A stretch of DNA of 50,765 nucleotides, counting the filler, from Catajapyx aquilonaris (Eukaryota): NCBI GenBank assembly GCA_000934665.2. It is 2 parts of 2 records of this genome, joined end to end, with 100 filler letters (N's around TTAATTAATTAA, not from the genome) between each part and the next. Parts side by side here need not be neighbours in the genome. Positions count along the whole stretch, not along the records: positions 25,420 to 50,765 come from KZ539343.1; 1 more part is not named here. One strand, given 5' to 3'. The translations under genes and the position numbers were made by a program. Shown here one piece after another: positions 48,571 to 50,765 of this stretch (position 1 is the stretch's first letter; each line of letters starts with the position of its first letter). The notes beneath the pieces were generated by a model, which ran no database searches, had not been told where the DNA came from, and saw only the letters and a program-made list of their open reading frames with translations.

Positions 48571-48907
48571 CTGCAACATGTATATATTGTGACCACTAAT
48601 ACATACATATTTGATTCTTGAATTTGTGTATGCCTTTCCATTATTTACTTCTTTAGTATTTGTTATAGCATCAAGAAACTGTTCCAAGCCTGTAAAGCCA
48701 AGATCAACAATTTTAAACAATGTGGGCATAGAATTCTTTGCGAAATGATACTCCTAGTAACTAGAGTAGTCCTACTCAATACAGTCTACAGCATATTGCA
48801 TTGGGAAATTGGGTATTTGAATTCAGGTGCTTATGAGCACGTAGTGTGCCGACACGTGGTAATTTTCATGATGATAAAATTTACTCATTTAGGAACATAC
48901 TCCGCTG

Positions 48908-49300
48908 CGCCTTTCTGTTGCAGTACTGTATAAGCATTCCGCGGAATGCTTATACAGTACTGCAACAGAAAGGCGTATGCTGTCCGTATCGCACCATTCC
49001 GTAATAGAGCGGGACCCATTTTGTAAACTGTCCGTATTTCGCCTTTCCGTAACACTACGAAATGTGTCCTGTATCCTGTCCGTATTTCGCCTCTCCGTAT
49101 ACACGACGGAGTGTGTCCTGTATCCTTTCCGTATTTCGCCTTTCCGTTACACTACGGAATGCGTGCAGTATGCTGTCCGTATTTCGCCTTTCCGTTACAC
49201 TACGGAATGTGTGCCGCATGCTGTCCGTATTTCGCCTTTCCGTTACACTACGGAATGTGTGCCGTATGCTGTCCGTATTTCGCCTTTCCGTAATACGGAA
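48908..49300. repeat. 68-bp perfect palindrome followed by ~7 tandem 48-bp subterminal repeats
   Basis: Palindrome 48908-48975. TCCGTAT(T)TCGC starts at 48983, 49031, 49079, 49128, 49176, 49224 and 49272. Confidence 0.92.
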
Positions 49301-49407
49301 TCTAGTTTGACTTCAGTACGGACACTCCGTCAGAATACGGAAAAAGTGCTGGTCGCAAAGTTGCCAGTACAATCTACCGTAGAATTACGGAAGATTTTTT
49401 CACAGTG

Positions 49408-49697
49408 CGGTCCAGGATTCTGGCCACCTCCATGTCCATTTCGGTGAACCCGAGGGTGAGGTGGGTGCACGAGGGACATATGGCGTTGCGGATGTTGACT
49501 CCGGGGCACTCCCAACCATACGACGAGATGAGCTCCTTCATGTAGTCATCGGCCAGGGTGACGGGGATGAAGCTGGAAAGAGCTTCGATCTCGCTGTTGT
49601 GTTCCTGCGGCTGAGTCTGGCACCATCTGAGCACCAGCTGGACGAAGGACTTGAGGGCCAGTTGTTCCAGACAAGGAAATGTGTTTGGTCGTGGCAT
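49408..49697 (-). pseudogene. 5' part of a BC-box/LRR-like ORF cut by the EnSpm terminus
   Basis: MPRPNTFPCLEQLALKSF resembles an Elongin BC-box (P-L--LC/A); CTHLTLGF...VARILDR resembles the start of an LRR. GC-rich codons; the ORF runs directly into the TIR. Confidence 0.45.
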
Positions 49698-50765
49698 GGC
49701 TCTGTTTTAATTTAAGTGCTTGAAGCGTAAATCAAGACTCCCAAGATTTCTTACTTGAATCTATGACCTGAGGAATAGAATATATTTTACGGAACACCAC
49801 ACCATGGCGACAAATCACCTTTTCCCAATATTCACTCTCGCATGAAACCAGTTTCAATAATGTCCCTGATTGCACTTGGTGCAATGTGCCGTGTAATAAG
49901 ATTGTTACCCGATTGCATGCATATCAATAGAATGTGTTGCGATCTAATAATTCAAAGTGGAGGACTATACTTACAGTTTGATTTAGATGAAACCGAATAA
50001 GTTGAAGGAATGATTTCTTTGGCAACAATAAAATGTTGGCTTTCGTCGTCTCTTGGCAACGCTTTGTAACCATTGACGTGCGTCGTGCAATCATGATCAA
50101 TGATGTTGGCTTGGAACCAATAAGTACTGTACCATTTTCCATAGCCCTTTGATTTCAAGGCAGTTGAACTCGTTAATTTTATCTCGTCATTCTAACCCCT
50201 AAATGTGAGGGTTGGAAAAATGTAGACATGAATCCATTCCATTTCCAGAGTGCCTTGGATCGGTCACTAAGGCAAGTAATTTGAAATCTCACATGCGAAT
50301 TCACACAGGAGAGACACCATTATGGTTACCGGAACTGTGCAATTTAGATGGATGGGGAAACTACCATCTTTTATACCTGAATAATCACCTGATCAATAAC
50401 CGTCTATTCATAATCAATCTTCATTGACTTTTTCTCCCTGTGTTTAGCCTTCAAATGCCACGTAAAGAACACATGTTTATTTCGCTTTTTATTTTAATTA
50501 ATTAATTTTGTCGTCCAAAATACAGTGCCTTTTCGAATATTCAAAACGCGTCAATAACGCGATAAGGTGCATCTTCCGGCCAGGGATGTGAATACCGTGT
50601 ACACCGTGTACCCGATCCTCATGTTGAAGAAGTATGGCTTCAGCTTCTCCTGCATCGAATTAACGAAACCGTCCGGTACGGTCCGGTAAGTGCCTCATCT
50701 GCTCACCGTCAAATTGTGCGTACTCCAGGCAGCGGCGTAACCACGGTTTTGAGCTAGGGGGGGGG

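Larger units (their letters stand above)
42399..49407 (+). mobile_element. CMC/EnSpm DNA transposon body and right end (left end not located)
   Basis: Two element genes, subterminal repeats and the terminus ...TTACGGAAGATTTTTTCACAGTG at 49407. Confidence 0.85.

Noticed and set aside
48975..49300. CRISPR-like regular repeat with internal palindromes
   Set aside because: The units are contiguous tandem copies without unique spacers, there are no cas genes, and the context is a eukaryotic transposon end.
29244..49407. A single 20-kb CACTA element bounded by the two CACTGTGAAAAAA termini
   Set aside because: Similarity fades after ~13 nt, the flanks differ (TG vs CG), and the interrupted ORF at 49408 does not continue at 29243. 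Not excluded, but unsupported.
50212..50427. C2H2 zinc-finger gene (SNLKSHMRIHTGETP)
   Set aside because: A single degenerate finger lacking the CxxC pair, with no flanking fingers or exon support.

Overview
Eukaryotic (arthropod-like, probably non-insect) genomic DNA, not prokaryotic. An artificial 100-bp linker (N44-TTAATTAATTAA-N44, 25320-25419) splits it into two halves that may not be adjacent in the genome. Left half: (1) four 5' coding exons (minus strand, 9590 to ~2616) of a His/Lys/Asp/Glu-rich protein, tentatively the DNA topoisomerase I N-terminus, with MITE/SINE-filled introns; (2) a Helitron/Helentron PIF1 helicase relic; (3) a complete, intron-poor, GC3-rich Piwi/Aubergine-type gene (minus, 3 coding exons, 919 aa, D-E-D-H tetrad present) between two decayed divergent ionotropic-receptor copies; (4) a 1.9-kb foldback element with a 9-bp target-site duplication (TSD) 560 bp 5' of the piwi start codon; (5) the 3' end and LTR of a Gypsy element. 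The right half is almost all transposon-derived: a same-strand MULE-Transib-Sola-(Harbinger-like) mosaic, LINE and SINE relics, several foldback/palindromic elements, and an apparently intact two-gene CMC/EnSpm (CACTA-like) transposon whose right end truncates a BC-box-like ORF. I found no clearly new multi-gene system. The best leads are the foldback at the piwi 5' end, the piwi gene structure and the transposase mosaic. Family assignments come from remembered motifs, not database searches.
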